This document shows positions 27,530-39,789 of a stretch of 64,000 nt of DNA, one piece after another. Origin of the DNA: Eledone cirrhosa (Eukaryota); NCBI GenBank assembly GCA_964016885.1, contig OZ024740.1, positions 198,462,001 through 198,526,000 of the forward strand, in the 5' to 3' direction. The notes below the pieces were generated by a model that worked only from the letters and a program-made list of their open reading frames with translations, was not told the origin of the DNA and did no database searches. Numbering within the stretch: position 1 is the stretch's first letter; each line of letters opens with the position of its first letter. Made by a program: the position numbers and the translations under genes.

Positions 27530-30500
27530 AATAACCACAACAAACACAGTCCCACCCAACCCCACTCCACCTAAAACCACTGCAAAATCACATACAGACA
27601 CAACAGCTCCCCAAGACATACCCCTCCCCAATCACACAGACGATACAACAGATGAGGCTATCTCGCCATCACCCAGTGAAGACGAGGGAGAACCCCATCG
27701 CTCGAAAAGAAAGAAAAGACATCACAAAAGCAAAAAACCAGCAAACACTACCACAAACATACAACCACCAACACAAACAACAAAAACATCACAAACAAAA
27801 CCCCCACCTCCTGAAAACAAAATACCTACAACAAAACGAAAGCACACACAAGAACTACAGACAAAAACAAACACAACACAAGAAAATTACACTTACACTT
27901 ACATAAACACTGAAAACAAAACACCAATGGAGACCATCACGAACGACCCTTCGGTGAAAACCGAAGGGAAAACTTTCGCCCACTCCTTAAAAAATAGCAA
28001 AAAACTGAACCTAAAACTGATTAGGGTCCCTATACAAACTTATAGGTCCCTAAAAGAAACATTTGAGAAGGATGTGGGGAATTCCTGCGTGAAACCACTC
28101 AACCGCGTCCTTCTCAAATGTCTCCCCACCCCAGACACCCCCATCCCACCAGACCCCACCCCACCAAACATCTGCGTCCCCACCCCGCCGGAAACCACCA
28201 CCCATCCAGACAACCCCTCCAACACCCCCATGGAAATCGTGCGGCCTGGTCCCCAGGAGGCGAAGGGTGAGTGATCTCTTTTCCTCTTAACTTTTCAGCA
28301 CCAACATGGCCAATATAAGAGTTGGATGTGTGAACGTACGCGGCCTGGGGATGCCCTGGAAACAGGGCAAACTCTTAAACGACCTCAGGTCGCACAGTTT
28401 TGATGTGGTAGCCATTTGTGTGTCCAGGATCCACGGCGAGCGACAGCTGGCCCCCATCTTCGATGACTTTGAGATCTACGCATCTCTCTGTCAACCGGGG
28501 GGTGGGGGCGGAGTTGCCGTTTTGCTGCGGAAACACCTGGACCTCGTAACACAGACGGTACATCTGGACCCGGAGGGTCGACTGGTGGTCCTAGACGTTG
28601 ACGGTAGTGAAGGTGGAGCGTTCAGGCTGGTGGCCGCATATGCACCATCCGGGACACCACGGCCAGACTTCTTCAAACGTCTAGAGACTTTTCTGGGAAC
28701 GTCCCGCTCCTTGCTTTTAGTGGGGGACTGGAATGGAATCCTAGATGCACGTTGGGACTATGTGGGAGCATGTCCCGATAAAGGGGGGTGTAACAGCCTC
28801 AAACAGTTAATCGACCGATTTGACCTGGCCGATAGATATCGACTAGATTTTCCGACTGCGCCACTGTGGACGTGGAGTAATCGTAGCGGAACATCTAGAT
28901 CGTACCTAGATAGGGTTCTAGTTAGAAATAAGGATAGGGACATGTTAAGCTGTCCACAAATGTTCATGGTTGTCTATTCAGATCACAAACTAGTGACCTG
29001 CATGGCCAACCTTGATAGAACCCATAGACAAGGACCCGGCTACTGGAAGCTGAACTTGTCGTTACCGACAAGCAAAGCTTACAGTAGACGGATTAGCACT
29101 TTAGTTAAACAGCACTTGACAGGGGCCATTGTCAACAACAGATGGTGGTACTCTCTCAAGAGGGCAGTTAGATTAGACTCGATAGTTTTTAGTAAAGAAT
29201 TAGCGTTAGATAGAAATAGAACCGTGAAGGAACTGGTAGATAAAGTAGAAGAGGCAATTAGAAGTGGCAAGGTAGCCAGCGTGCTAGCAACGAGAACGGC
29301 CTTGGACCAGTTCTTCGACGCAAAGCACGAGGGCTGCGTTATCAGAAGCAAAATACGTGCTCTGGGAAACGAGGGAGCCAAAGCTGTTAGCTGGGCCCGA
29401 GTGACGGAGGCAAAAAGTGGCAACAAGTCCACGATTCGGTCTTTGAAGGACCAAAACGGACGCGTGATACGTGAGCCGAAGCAGATGTGTGCGGCTTTTC
29501 AGCGGCACTTTGCTCAACTGTTTGGGCGGGGCGCCGGGAGAGGCTATGGATTTCGGTCCATACCTCGACGGCCTACCGCGACTCTCAGACAGCGAGGCGA
29601 AGTTCTGCGAAAAGCCGATTTCAGCCACTGAGATAGGGGACGCGCTGAGCCAATGCGGCAAACGCAAATCTCCAGGTCTCGACGGTCTACCCTACGAATT
29701 TTACGTAGCAATGCCGGACTTATTCTCCGGTCTCCTGGAAGCGGTCTACTGCAACTGGCAACAGAACGGGAGAATTCCCAGTTCTGTAACCGGGGGCGTG
29801 GTCACATTAATCAGGAAGGACGAGAATAAGGGGGATGACATAGGCAACTTCCGGCCCATAACTCTGCTAAACACAGAGTTACAGATTTTGGCCAAGGTGT
29901 TGGCAAAGAGACTGGCGCTTGTCGTCGAGAACCTGGTGGGAGAAGCGCAGACATGCGCGATCCCGACCAGGTCCATACACGACAACCTCCACCTCATGCG
30001 ATACATCATAGAGAGGGTAGGGTGTAAACCCGGCTTCGGTGGGGCCCTGATCAACTTGGATCAGTCTAAGGCTTTCGATAGGGTTGACCATCGTTACCTG
30101 GATGCGGTGCTCGAGGCGGCAGGCTTCGGACCCGTGTCCAGGGGCTGGATTGCTGCAATGCACAACAGCAACATCTGCTCAAGGGTCAAGGTGAACGGTT
30201 ACCTCTCGGAGCCGTTCCATATTACGCGATCCATTCGACAGGGATGCCCTCTCTCCTCCCTTCTGTACGTACTGACTCTCGAGCCACTACTGCGGAAGCT
30301 GGAGCTATTGCAGGGCATCCCTCTGGAACCGGGACTGCGGAAAGCGGCGTCGGCCTCCGCCGACGACGTCACAGTAATGGTGTCGAGCGCCTCGCAAATC
30401 GAGGAAGTCGGCACCTTACTAAAGGAATACGAAAGTCTCACAGGAGCGAAGCTGAACCGGGACAAGTCCATCGTTTTGCAACTCGGATCATGGAGAGGCA

Positions 30501-31960
30501 GACCGATGCCTTCCGATGGCGTCGTCGGACGCTGGACGGAAGGACCGGTAAAGCTGCTCGGGGTCTGGTTTGGTCCGGACCTCCAGGTGGAGAAGAACTG
30601 GAACGAAGTGACGGCCAAGGTGTTTGCACTCACCCAGAAGTGGGCCGAGTGCAAACTATCCTTGAAAGGTCGAGCGGAGGTGGCGAACACTTTTATAGCG
30701 TCCGCCATCTACTACCGCTTGACCGTCGTGCCTTGTCCAGCCAAAACGCTCGCCAAAATGGAGCGCGCGCTCTTCCGATTCATTTGGAAGAGGCGGGCTC
30801 CTTTGGTGAGAAGATCCATCTGCTGCCAACACCCTTATAACGGAGGGCTGGGGATGCCGTGGTTGACGATGCGCAAACACGCGCTCAGGCTGCGGAATCT
30901 CTACGTATTCCTCACCGGACAACCGGTGTGGGCCCCGTTCGTGAGGCGAGCCTTCCCACGACTCGTCTCGCTGACCGAGCTGCAGTCCTGGGTCAAGCAG
31001 AGACCGAGGAAAATTGGCGACTGGCACATCGAATGTGCTCAGGCGCTCACAGCCCTCTGGCAGGCGGACCCGGGGATCAGTGGAGACTCCACTTCGTCAT
31101 TCTATAGAGGGTTGGTCCGTAGCAAGTGCGACGACGCGCTCGGTGAAACTCTAGGCGTAGAGGAAGATGAACTGGCCAGTCTGTTCGGTAGGACCTTCCG
31201 CCCGGGATCGATGGACAACTTCCAAAAGTCCCTGGCCTGGCAGTGCTACCGAGGAGCTCTACCAGTTCTAGACAAGCTCTACAGACATGGGCGCCCGGGC
31301 AGGGACCCTGCAAAAAAGTTCTGTCCGAGGTGCGTGCGAGACGAAGATACCGTCGTGCACGCATTCATACACTGCCCGGGCGTCACTGACCTGTGGGGCT
31401 ATGTAGAACGACTATTGTCGCGGGTGGGACCAATCCAGTTGACCACCGAGTCCATTGTCATGATCAAACCGCCACCCTCCTTCAAAAACGAAGGAGAGGC
31501 GGTTTTCCTTTGTGTGATAGCTATGGCGAAAGAGGCTGTATGGTGGACAAGGTTGAAAGGGCTGAGGTCAGACACCTTTCTCTCCGGCCAACAACTGATT
31601 CTTTTTTTCAAATACCACTTTGGAAGAAGAATCAGGATGGAGAGAGAGGTGCTGTACCCCAGCAAGTTTTATGAAAGGTGGGTGAAAGTGGCGAGAATGG
31701 CCCGAGTGAATGGGCCTTCCCTCTATATCAGCCTGTAGGTTGAGGAAAAGGAGGAGGAGAGGAAAGGAGTACAAGCTCTTCGTACTCCTAGAGATGAGGG
31801 TTGCACATTTTTTTTCGGGGGTATGTGTTACCCATATAAACTGTTTCCCTCTATTGGGGAAAATCGACTAACTTTTAAATTTTACACGTTTTTATTGTAT
31901 GTAAACTTCCCCCTTTGTATTTGTCCCCCTCTTTTGTGCCCCTGTGGCTATTAAAGAAAT
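27530..31960 (+). mobile_element. Tx1/L1-clade LINE, 5'-truncated within ORF1
   Basis: ORF1 3' end (27927..28274), ORF2, and a 3' UTR ending CCCTGTGGCTATTAAAGAAAT. Confidence 0.92.
28306..31738 (+). pseudogene. Tx1 ORF2: AP endonuclease + reverse transcriptase + C-terminal Cys/His finger, one frameshift near 29540
   Basis: APE motifs NVRG, GDWN, YLDR, SDH; RT motifs SPGLDG, FRPITLLN, LDQSKAFD, RQGCPLS, SADD (YADD in the copy at 41057..41317); CPRC...HAFIHC. Confidence 0.92.
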
Positions 31961-32021
31961 ATATCTATTTATCTCTCTCTCTATATATATATATATATCT
32001 ATATATATATATATATATATA

Positions 32022-32222
32022 TAGGAAAAAGTATGACCCCGACGGCAGAGCTCAAGCCGTTTCGACGGCTATTTCTATTTCTAGTCCAGAAATAGCCATC
32101 GAAACGGCTTCAGCCTCTGCCGTCGGGATCATACTTTTTCCTATTACCCATTCTACTACCCTAAGTATTGAATACTCTGGTGCATTATGATCCATCTAGT
32201 TCCTTACCACAACTCCTTCGTT
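32022..32222. mobile_element. Hairpin short element (family E) in (TA)n
   Basis: 32022-32143 is an imperfect palindrome; related hairpin at 46147-46255. Confidence 0.65.
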
Positions 32223-32410
32223 ATATATATATATATATATATATATATACTGAGTTGCATGATTACTAGATTAGTCACTATATCGATTTACCATAATCGA
32301 TCAACCTACTGAAACGATCGTAGAACAATGAACTAATTAAGCGCTAAACCTCACCTTTTGTTTATACATTGATATACATTTATATATACATATACATTTA
32401 TATATACATG

Positions 32411-32468
<58 letters not shown>

Positions 32469-33033
32469 CACACATGTACGCACACAAATTCACACCCCCA
32501 CGCATATACGCACATATATATATACATGATATAGAAATTATTTCTAGAGAAATAGAACTATTTCATTCGTGTTTAGCAATCGACCCCCTTCGGTGTACCA
32601 TCCTTTATTTTTTATCTATTCCACAGAACCCTTAACAACTAAGGTTACTGAACGATGAGCATTGATGATTTCTTTCAAATGATGCAGCACTCGTCACGGG
32701 AAGTCAATCTTCAAACTATATAAGTCATTTATATAAAATAATTAGGCTTATTCTTTACTAACTTATGAGTACCTTATCTAACGATGGCTATTTTCTTACA
32801 ACCACTTAACCACTTAACCTAATACCAACACTGTCCGTATCAGCACTCCTTGTTATTGTTTTTATTTTGTACTTTGCCAATATATATATATATATATATA
32901 TATGTAAAAGTTCTATTTAAATTGTTGGGATACAACAACCAAATATTTATATAACTGATATAAAGCACTCAACAAATAATTGGAGTAAACATACGATATT
33001 AACAAATGGAAACTATATTTATAAAACCATATT

Positions 33034-33098
33034 TATTTCATTATACATATTTCAAGGACACCAAGTTAAATTATGGTGTGCTTTCATCAGATAAAATA
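33034..33098 (-). ncRNA. Type I hammerhead ribozyme fold (family C)
   Basis: Minus strand TATTTTAT-CTGATGA-AAG.ACACCA/TGGTGT.CTT-GAAA-TATGTA-TA-ATGAAATA. Confidence 0.75.
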
Positions 33099-33246
33099 TA
33101 ATATAGAGCAGTTTTATAAATAAATATTGACATACCCTTAAAAGAATGCAACCATTACAGTAATGGTTGCATTCTTTAAGGGTATGTCAATATTTATTTA
33201 TAACACTGATCTATATTATATTTTGTGAACATGAAATATGTATAAT

Positions 33247-33433
33247 TGTTTCTACTTTTGGCACAAGGCCAGCAATTATCCCAGTGTATTACTGGTACTT
33301 TATTTTATCGACCCCGTAAGGATGAAAGGCAAAGTTAACCTCGGCGGGATTTGAACTCAGACCATAAAGGGACGTAACTGTGCTGCAAAGCATGGCGTCC
33401 GACACTCTACCGATACTGCCAATCCACCGCCCT
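33247..33433 (-). mobile_element. Full-length tRNA-derived SINE with a 16-bp target-site duplication
   Basis: A/B boxes; ATGAAATATGTATAAT at 33231-33246 and 33434-33449. Confidence 0.9.
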
Positions 33434-33495
33434 ATGAAATATGTATAATGAAATAAATATGGTTTTATAAATATAGTTTCCGTTTGTTAATATCG

Positions 33496-33614
<119 letters not shown>

Positions 33615-33680
33615 GTTATTCCGGGTTGAATCGGAGGTAACCACAGTAAGTAAGGTACTCAATACATAGCAGAGTATAAC

Positions 33681-33982
33681 AGTTTTAATATAGATGAGAT
33701 TCTACAGGACTAGAACTGTTTCATTCATTAGAAATCATCAGGAATCTGGGTATCAAAAAATAAATATGGTATTTATAGGTCTCTACAAGTGGTAGGAGAG
33801 GGTGGGGAGTTGGATGGGTGCAGGTCATTGGTTGACCAATGACCTGCACCCATCCAACTCCCCACCCTCTCCTACCACTTGTAGAGACCTATAAATACCA
33901 TATTTATTTTTTGATACCCAGATTCCTGATGATTTCTAATGAATGAAACAGTTCTAGTCCTGTAGAATCTCATCTATATTAA

Positions 33983-33986
<4 letters not shown>
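33681..33986. mobile_element. Perfect ~306-bp palindrome (family D) with CCAAT, TATA and a hammerhead on each strand
   Basis: The arms are reverse complements around TG at 33833-33834; tail 33615-33680; related copy at 38775-38897. Confidence 0.85.
33920..33970 (+). ncRNA. Type I hammerhead ribozyme fold (family D); mirror copy at 33697-33747 on the minus strand
   Basis: AGATTC-CTGATGA-T-TTC/GAA-T-GAAA-CAG(TTCTAGTC)CTG-TA-GAATCT. Confidence 0.75.
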
Positions 33987-34069
<83 letters not shown>

Positions 34070-34117
34070 TATAGTTTCCGTTTGTTAATATCGTATATAT
34101 ATATATATATATATATA

Positions 34118-34295
34118 TTGCAGCACAGTTACGTCCCTTTATGGTCTGAGTTCAAATCCCGCCGAAGTTAACTTTGCCTTTCACCCTTACGGGGTCGATA
34201 AAATAAAGTACCAGTAATACACTGGGATAATTGCTGGCCTTGTGCCAAAAGTAGAAACAATTATACATATTTCATGTTCACAAAATATAATATAG

Positions 34296-34297
<2 letters not shown>
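34118..34297 (+). repeat. Inverted local duplicate of ~33210-33388 (partial SINE plus its flank)
   Basis: Reverse-complement match that includes the SINE/flank junction. Confidence 0.8.
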
Positions 34298-34334
<37 letters not shown>

Positions 34335-34383
34335 GATATTAACAAACGGAAACTATATTTATAAAATATATATATATATTTAT

Positions 34384-34419
<36 letters not shown>

Positions 34420-34892
34420 TATTTACTAATATTTACCAAATTAATATTTACTTACACAAATATAATGTGATTAAAAAATAAACAAAAAGTACAAGTAGAA
34501 ATAAATTAACTATTATCTGATTTCTAGTTAACAGAACATAACCTTGCATAGAAGCTGAACATACTTGGAAAACAGTGCAATAAAATTGTTAGAAAATATA
34601 AAGAAAAGTACAGCAGTTCCAATTATTGGCATCAGTTCATTAAATGCCAATTCTCTGTCACATGTATGGTTTATTTAGGTGACAAAAACATACTATATTC
34701 ATTGTATATAATAGTATTGCAAAATAAGCTCAGATAAATATAAAATTCTAAATGGAACTGTGGATCACACAGTACAATAAAGATGCATCTAGAATTAATT
34801 GTTTTTCTGATACATTGTGAAGACATAGAAATACTAACATAACCAATATATTTCTGATTCGTATTGGTGAATAAAATACAACATAAATACTG

Positions 34893-34944
<52 letters not shown>

Positions 34945-35013
34945 ATGATAATTATGAAGACGGTAACAGGGTAAAAGCAGAAATTCTTTCCTTAAACATT
35001 AATCTGTACTAAT

Positions 35014-35078
<65 letters not shown>

Positions 35079-35456
35079 GTGTGTGGTGTGTGTTTGTGTG
35101 TGTGTGTATCGAACTGTCATCAAGATGTTTTTGTAACACATCGTTTTAAGTATTTTAACATAACATATCAAGATATTTGCACCAATGTCAGACCCTCAAA
35201 TTACAAGAAATCACTAAACATTTCTCGCATGTCAACTCAAACTATACTGTCAACCACCACTCACCACAAATAGACACACCCAACTAAACCATTCCTAGCG
35301 TATAAACTATATTTTTCATTTGTCTCTTCTTTATTTTCTTATTCTAGTTTTTACCGCCACTCTATCATTCAGCCTTTACACCCCTCTCCCCCTATTCCCC
35401 TCCATTCTCTTTTTATATATATATATATAATTATATATATATATATAAAGATAGAG

Positions 35457-35524
<68 letters not shown>

Positions 35525-35803
35525 TATAAATTATTTATTAAAATAACAGATTAACCTTAAAGCCAAGAACCGCTGCTTTCACCCTTAACGGGATCTTCTG
35601 AAACTAAAAAAAATCAATTTGTGATCGCAGAAGTAAATATTTCAAAAAACGTTGTATATATATATATATCCATGGCTACATACACATACTTGTGCACACT
35701 CATACCTGGACATATATATACATATACACACATATCGATATACACACTTATGTATTTCTATCCATCTCTATCTCATTCGTGCTGCTGTTTCACATGCAGT
35801 GCC

Positions 35804-35851
<48 letters not shown>

Positions 35852-35891
35852 CATACACCGGCCGAAATACGATTCTCGCTGAATTTATATT

Positions 35892-35928
<37 letters not shown>

Positions 35929-36036
35929 AAGTGTGTGTGTGTGTGTGTGTTTGTGCCTGCGTGTGTACATGTATCATAACATAGCGAGACGACAGAAAAG
36001 AGATCGATAATGTATATAACACAATTGAAAAAATTA

Positions 36037-36123
36037 GTACTGGAGTCGATAAGATCGACTAAATAGAGGCGGTGTCCCAGCATGGCAGCAGTTTAATGAT
36101 CGAAACCATTAATAGAAAAAAAG
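36037..36123 (+). mobile_element. SINE 3' tail relic (Octopus-type)
   Basis: GTACTGGAGTCGAT...CCCAGCATGGCAGCAGT...GAAAC followed by an A-rich tail. Confidence 0.5.
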
Positions 36124-36592
36124 GAATATATTTATAGAAAAAATATCTTTGGTGTGTTTAATATGCTCCGCATTTCATCCTTTCAAAGAAAATTCATTTA
36201 ACACTTGATGTATATCTAAATATAATCTTGCGTATTACGAAAAAAAAAAAGTAGTGAAATTTATGAATTGAATTAATAAAGTTTATTTATTACTGTCAAA
36301 GTAGGAAACAAACTAAGAATGAAAATATTGCCAATAAAAAACAAGAACAGCAAGCGCAGTTTCGGCAGCTCTGCTTTTAACGACTAAGTGCAGCGAGTTC
36401 ACGTAGAAGTAGATAGCACGTACACTGGTAGTAAATAAACAGCACTTCATGTCACAACAAACCAGCAGTAGTGTTGTTTGTATAGTGAAGGTCGGAATTT
36501 ACCACTGTGCTGTGAGTGATTCAACTTCTCTACTATAGCTATGTTACTAAGTCATCTGTTTCTGAGAGGGCGAGAGAAAGAGAGAGAGAGAG

Positions 36593-36629
<37 letters not shown>

Positions 36630-36679
36630 TGTGTGTGTATACAGAGAGAGAGAGAGAGAGGGGGGTGAGAGAGAGAGGG

Positions 36680-36722
<43 letters not shown>

Positions 36723-37194
36723 GTGTGAGGGAAGAGATGAGAGGTATATACAGAGAGAGCGAAACGAGAGGGAGGAAATACATGGCGAGTGAGAGAAGAA
36801 AGGGAGAATGAGAGGAGAGGAGTTGGAGGGAGGGAGATATTGAGGAGCGACAGACTTCCGAATGAATCGATATTAGGTAAGTTTCTATCACCGATTTGCG
36901 TTCGGACAATTAAATACTGTCAAGTTCATGCAGATGCATTTGTGAGTATATGAGGCCAAGATTGGTTTAATGGTCTAGGAGTTCGCTTCGCAGCAACATA
37001 ATATTCAGTTAACCTGTGTGGTAATTTGTGCAGGTGTTTTCTGAAAAAGTCTTATTCTGACCAATGCATTGTGAATGATATGACCTGAACAGAACATTTG
37101 ACCCCATCATATGTGTGTATGTGTATGTATGTGTGCGCCCGTGTATATATATATATATATATAGTAATAATAATAAATTTTATCTGTTATTTTA

Positions 37195-37244
<50 letters not shown>

Positions 37245-37248
<4 letters not shown>

Positions 37249-38066
37249 ATAATAATAAATTTGAAGACTAAAATCCAAAGAGGGCTCGATAAGGATAAAT
37301 ATATATCAAATATAGGGCGTGTGTTATGTGTACTTCATGTTTTGGTTGACATACGTCTCCGAACATTCGTGTATTTACATGTAAGTATGTGTGTGCGCTT
37401 GTTATATACGTATTTATTTATTTATATACGTTTATATAATTATTTATTTATTTGTATACACGCTTACACACACACACATATTTATATGTGCGTGGTTTTG
37501 TTTACCTATGGTAAGTTTTTGCGTATGCTTGTGTATGTACGTATTTGTTTGCGTGTATGTATTTATTTATTTCTATTACTTCTGTATTGTATTTATTTAC
37601 TTTGTTCTTAACTCTGTAGCGGAGATTCATTCGGTCTCCTAGTTAGAATTTAGTCTACGACTTCTGCTATACCATTTACGTGGTTTTGTCTTTGCGTGCA
37701 ATTGTTCTCCACGCTCCACATATGACGTATTATCTTCGTTTTTTTCGTTCATTGCCAGAGAACGTCTCTATGCACCACCTAAGAGAACATTTGTCCACGA
37801 CCTCTTTTATACCATAAACGTGGTTCTGTCTTTGCGTGTAATTGTTTTTCACCGTTCCTATTAATGACGTATTATATTCGTTTTTTCCCGTTCTTAGCCA
37901 GCGAACGTTTCCACGAACCAAAGTATCGTCTCCTGTCTTCCTCCGGTTGCAACGTTTTTTGAAATAACCAGTTCTGTGTTTACAGATTGAATTTGTTAGT
38001 TTCAGAAGATCCCGTTAAGGGTGAAAGCAGGCGATTCTTTGCTTAAACTTTAATCTGTTATTTTAC

Positions 38067-38068
<2 letters not shown>
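37245..38068 (+). mobile_element. Family F short element with an inverted 5' segment; hammerhead fold at 37998-38049
   Basis: Body 37702-38068 matches 46848-47216; a minus-strand fragment lies at 35533-35610. Confidence 0.75.
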
Positions 38069-38134
<66 letters not shown>

Positions 38135-38139
<5 letters not shown>

Positions 38140-38748
38140 GTAAGTATGTACACGTACATACATATATGTATACAGACGTACAGTAGTATGTATATATATA
38201 CATACATGCACACATATATATATGTTCGTATGGGTTTACCGAACATTTATTATAATGTTCGGTTTGTTTGTAACAAACAGCCCGAATTAAGCCGTACAGT
38301 ATTCGGCAACCATCGTTGCCCTTTTGTTCAACACTGAAAAAAGAACGACTAACTCACTCGATATGCAAATTAGGCTGCTCAGCCGTTAATATGCATAAGC
38401 AAAATATATACTTTCAAACGTTCAATCATCTGACAGGAAGGTATACGATGCTGACGATAGCTAATAAGCTTGAAACTAGTTCATCGTTCCTTTTTCAGTG
38501 TTGAACAAAAGGGCAACGATGGTTGCCCGAACACTGTACGGCTTAATTCGAGCTGTTTGTTTACAAACAGACCGAAAATTATAATAAATGTTCGGTAAAC
38601 CCATACGTACATATATATGTGTGCATATATGTAAATATATACATACTACTGTACGTCTGTATACATATATGTATGTAGTGTACATACTTACATTTAAGTA
38701 TCAGCCGTACTTAGAGTGAGAAATGAAATTTCATTTCATTCTTTTCCA
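38135..38748. mobile_element. Fold-back short element (family I) in (TA)n
   Basis: 38135-38355 is the inverted copy of 38478-38697; the terminal motif GAGTG.GAAATGAAATTTC also occurs at 26771-26806. Confidence 0.75.
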
Positions 38749-39505
38749 TATATATATATATACATACATATATCAATGATGATTTCTTTCGAACGGAACA
38801 GTTCTAGTTCTGTAGACTATTAAATTTGATGTTTACATACTACTAAAGTATTGAGTACCTTAGTTACTGCGGTTACCTCCGATTGAACCCGGGATTCTCT
38901 CTCACACACACACATATATATATATTTATGTACATATACAAACTTATATATATATATATATATATATCGATCGACTTTCGTCAAATCGGACCTAGGAAAC
39001 AACGTTTCCATTGGTCTTTCCAGTTGCTAATACTATCTATCGGTCGCAACTCCAGGTAGAAGGAGCAACGTGAAATAAAGTGTCTTGCTCAAAGACATAA
39101 CGCATCGCCCCGTTCAGTAATCGAACTCACAACCTCAAGATGTATGTGTGTATGTATGAGTGTGTGTCAGATGAAGAGGAGTGAAAGATAGTGATAGTAG
39201 AATAGAATTCTCTATTTAACTGGACATTTATATATCTACCCCGAAAGGATGAACGGCAAATTTGACAATGGAAGGATTTGAATTCACAAAACTGGCAGCA
39301 GGAACTAATAACTAATATTGCAATACTACAAGCAATGTTATAACGACACTGCTATTTCGCCTTCTATTCAAATATACAATGTAAATGGTGAATACTTCTA
39401 GTACGTCAAATGGCCATATAAAACCTAAAACATTAGCCCAAGATCGTCAGTATCTATCGATGTTGTCAACGCGATATATGTACAACGCATGTATATATAT
39501 ATATA

Positions 39506-39785
39506 ATTGTTTCTACTTTTGACACAAGGCCAGCAATTATCCCAGTGTATTACTGGTACTTTATTTTATCGACCCCCGTAAGGATGAAAGGCAAAGTAAT
39601 AATAATAATAATGATTGCTTCTACTTTTTGGCACAAGGCCAGCAATTATTCAGTACATTACTGGTACTTTATTTTATCGACGTCGAAAGGATGAAAGGCA
39701 AAGTTAACCTCGGCCGGATTTGAATTCAGAATGGCAAGGGCCGTAACTCAATGCGTCAAAGCATGTCGTCCGACGCTCTACCGAT
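39506..39785 (-). mobile_element. Two adjacent tRNA-SINE copies (39506-39596 partial, 39614-39785)
   Basis: Same family as 33247-33433. Confidence 0.85.
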
Positions 39786-39789
39786 ATGA

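Noticed and set aside
34440-34895. Hydrophobic minus-strand translation suggesting a membrane-protein exon (similar impression at 11985-12720)
   Set aside because: Multiple stops in every frame examined, and T-rich DNA gives hydrophobic translations by chance; no recognisable motif.
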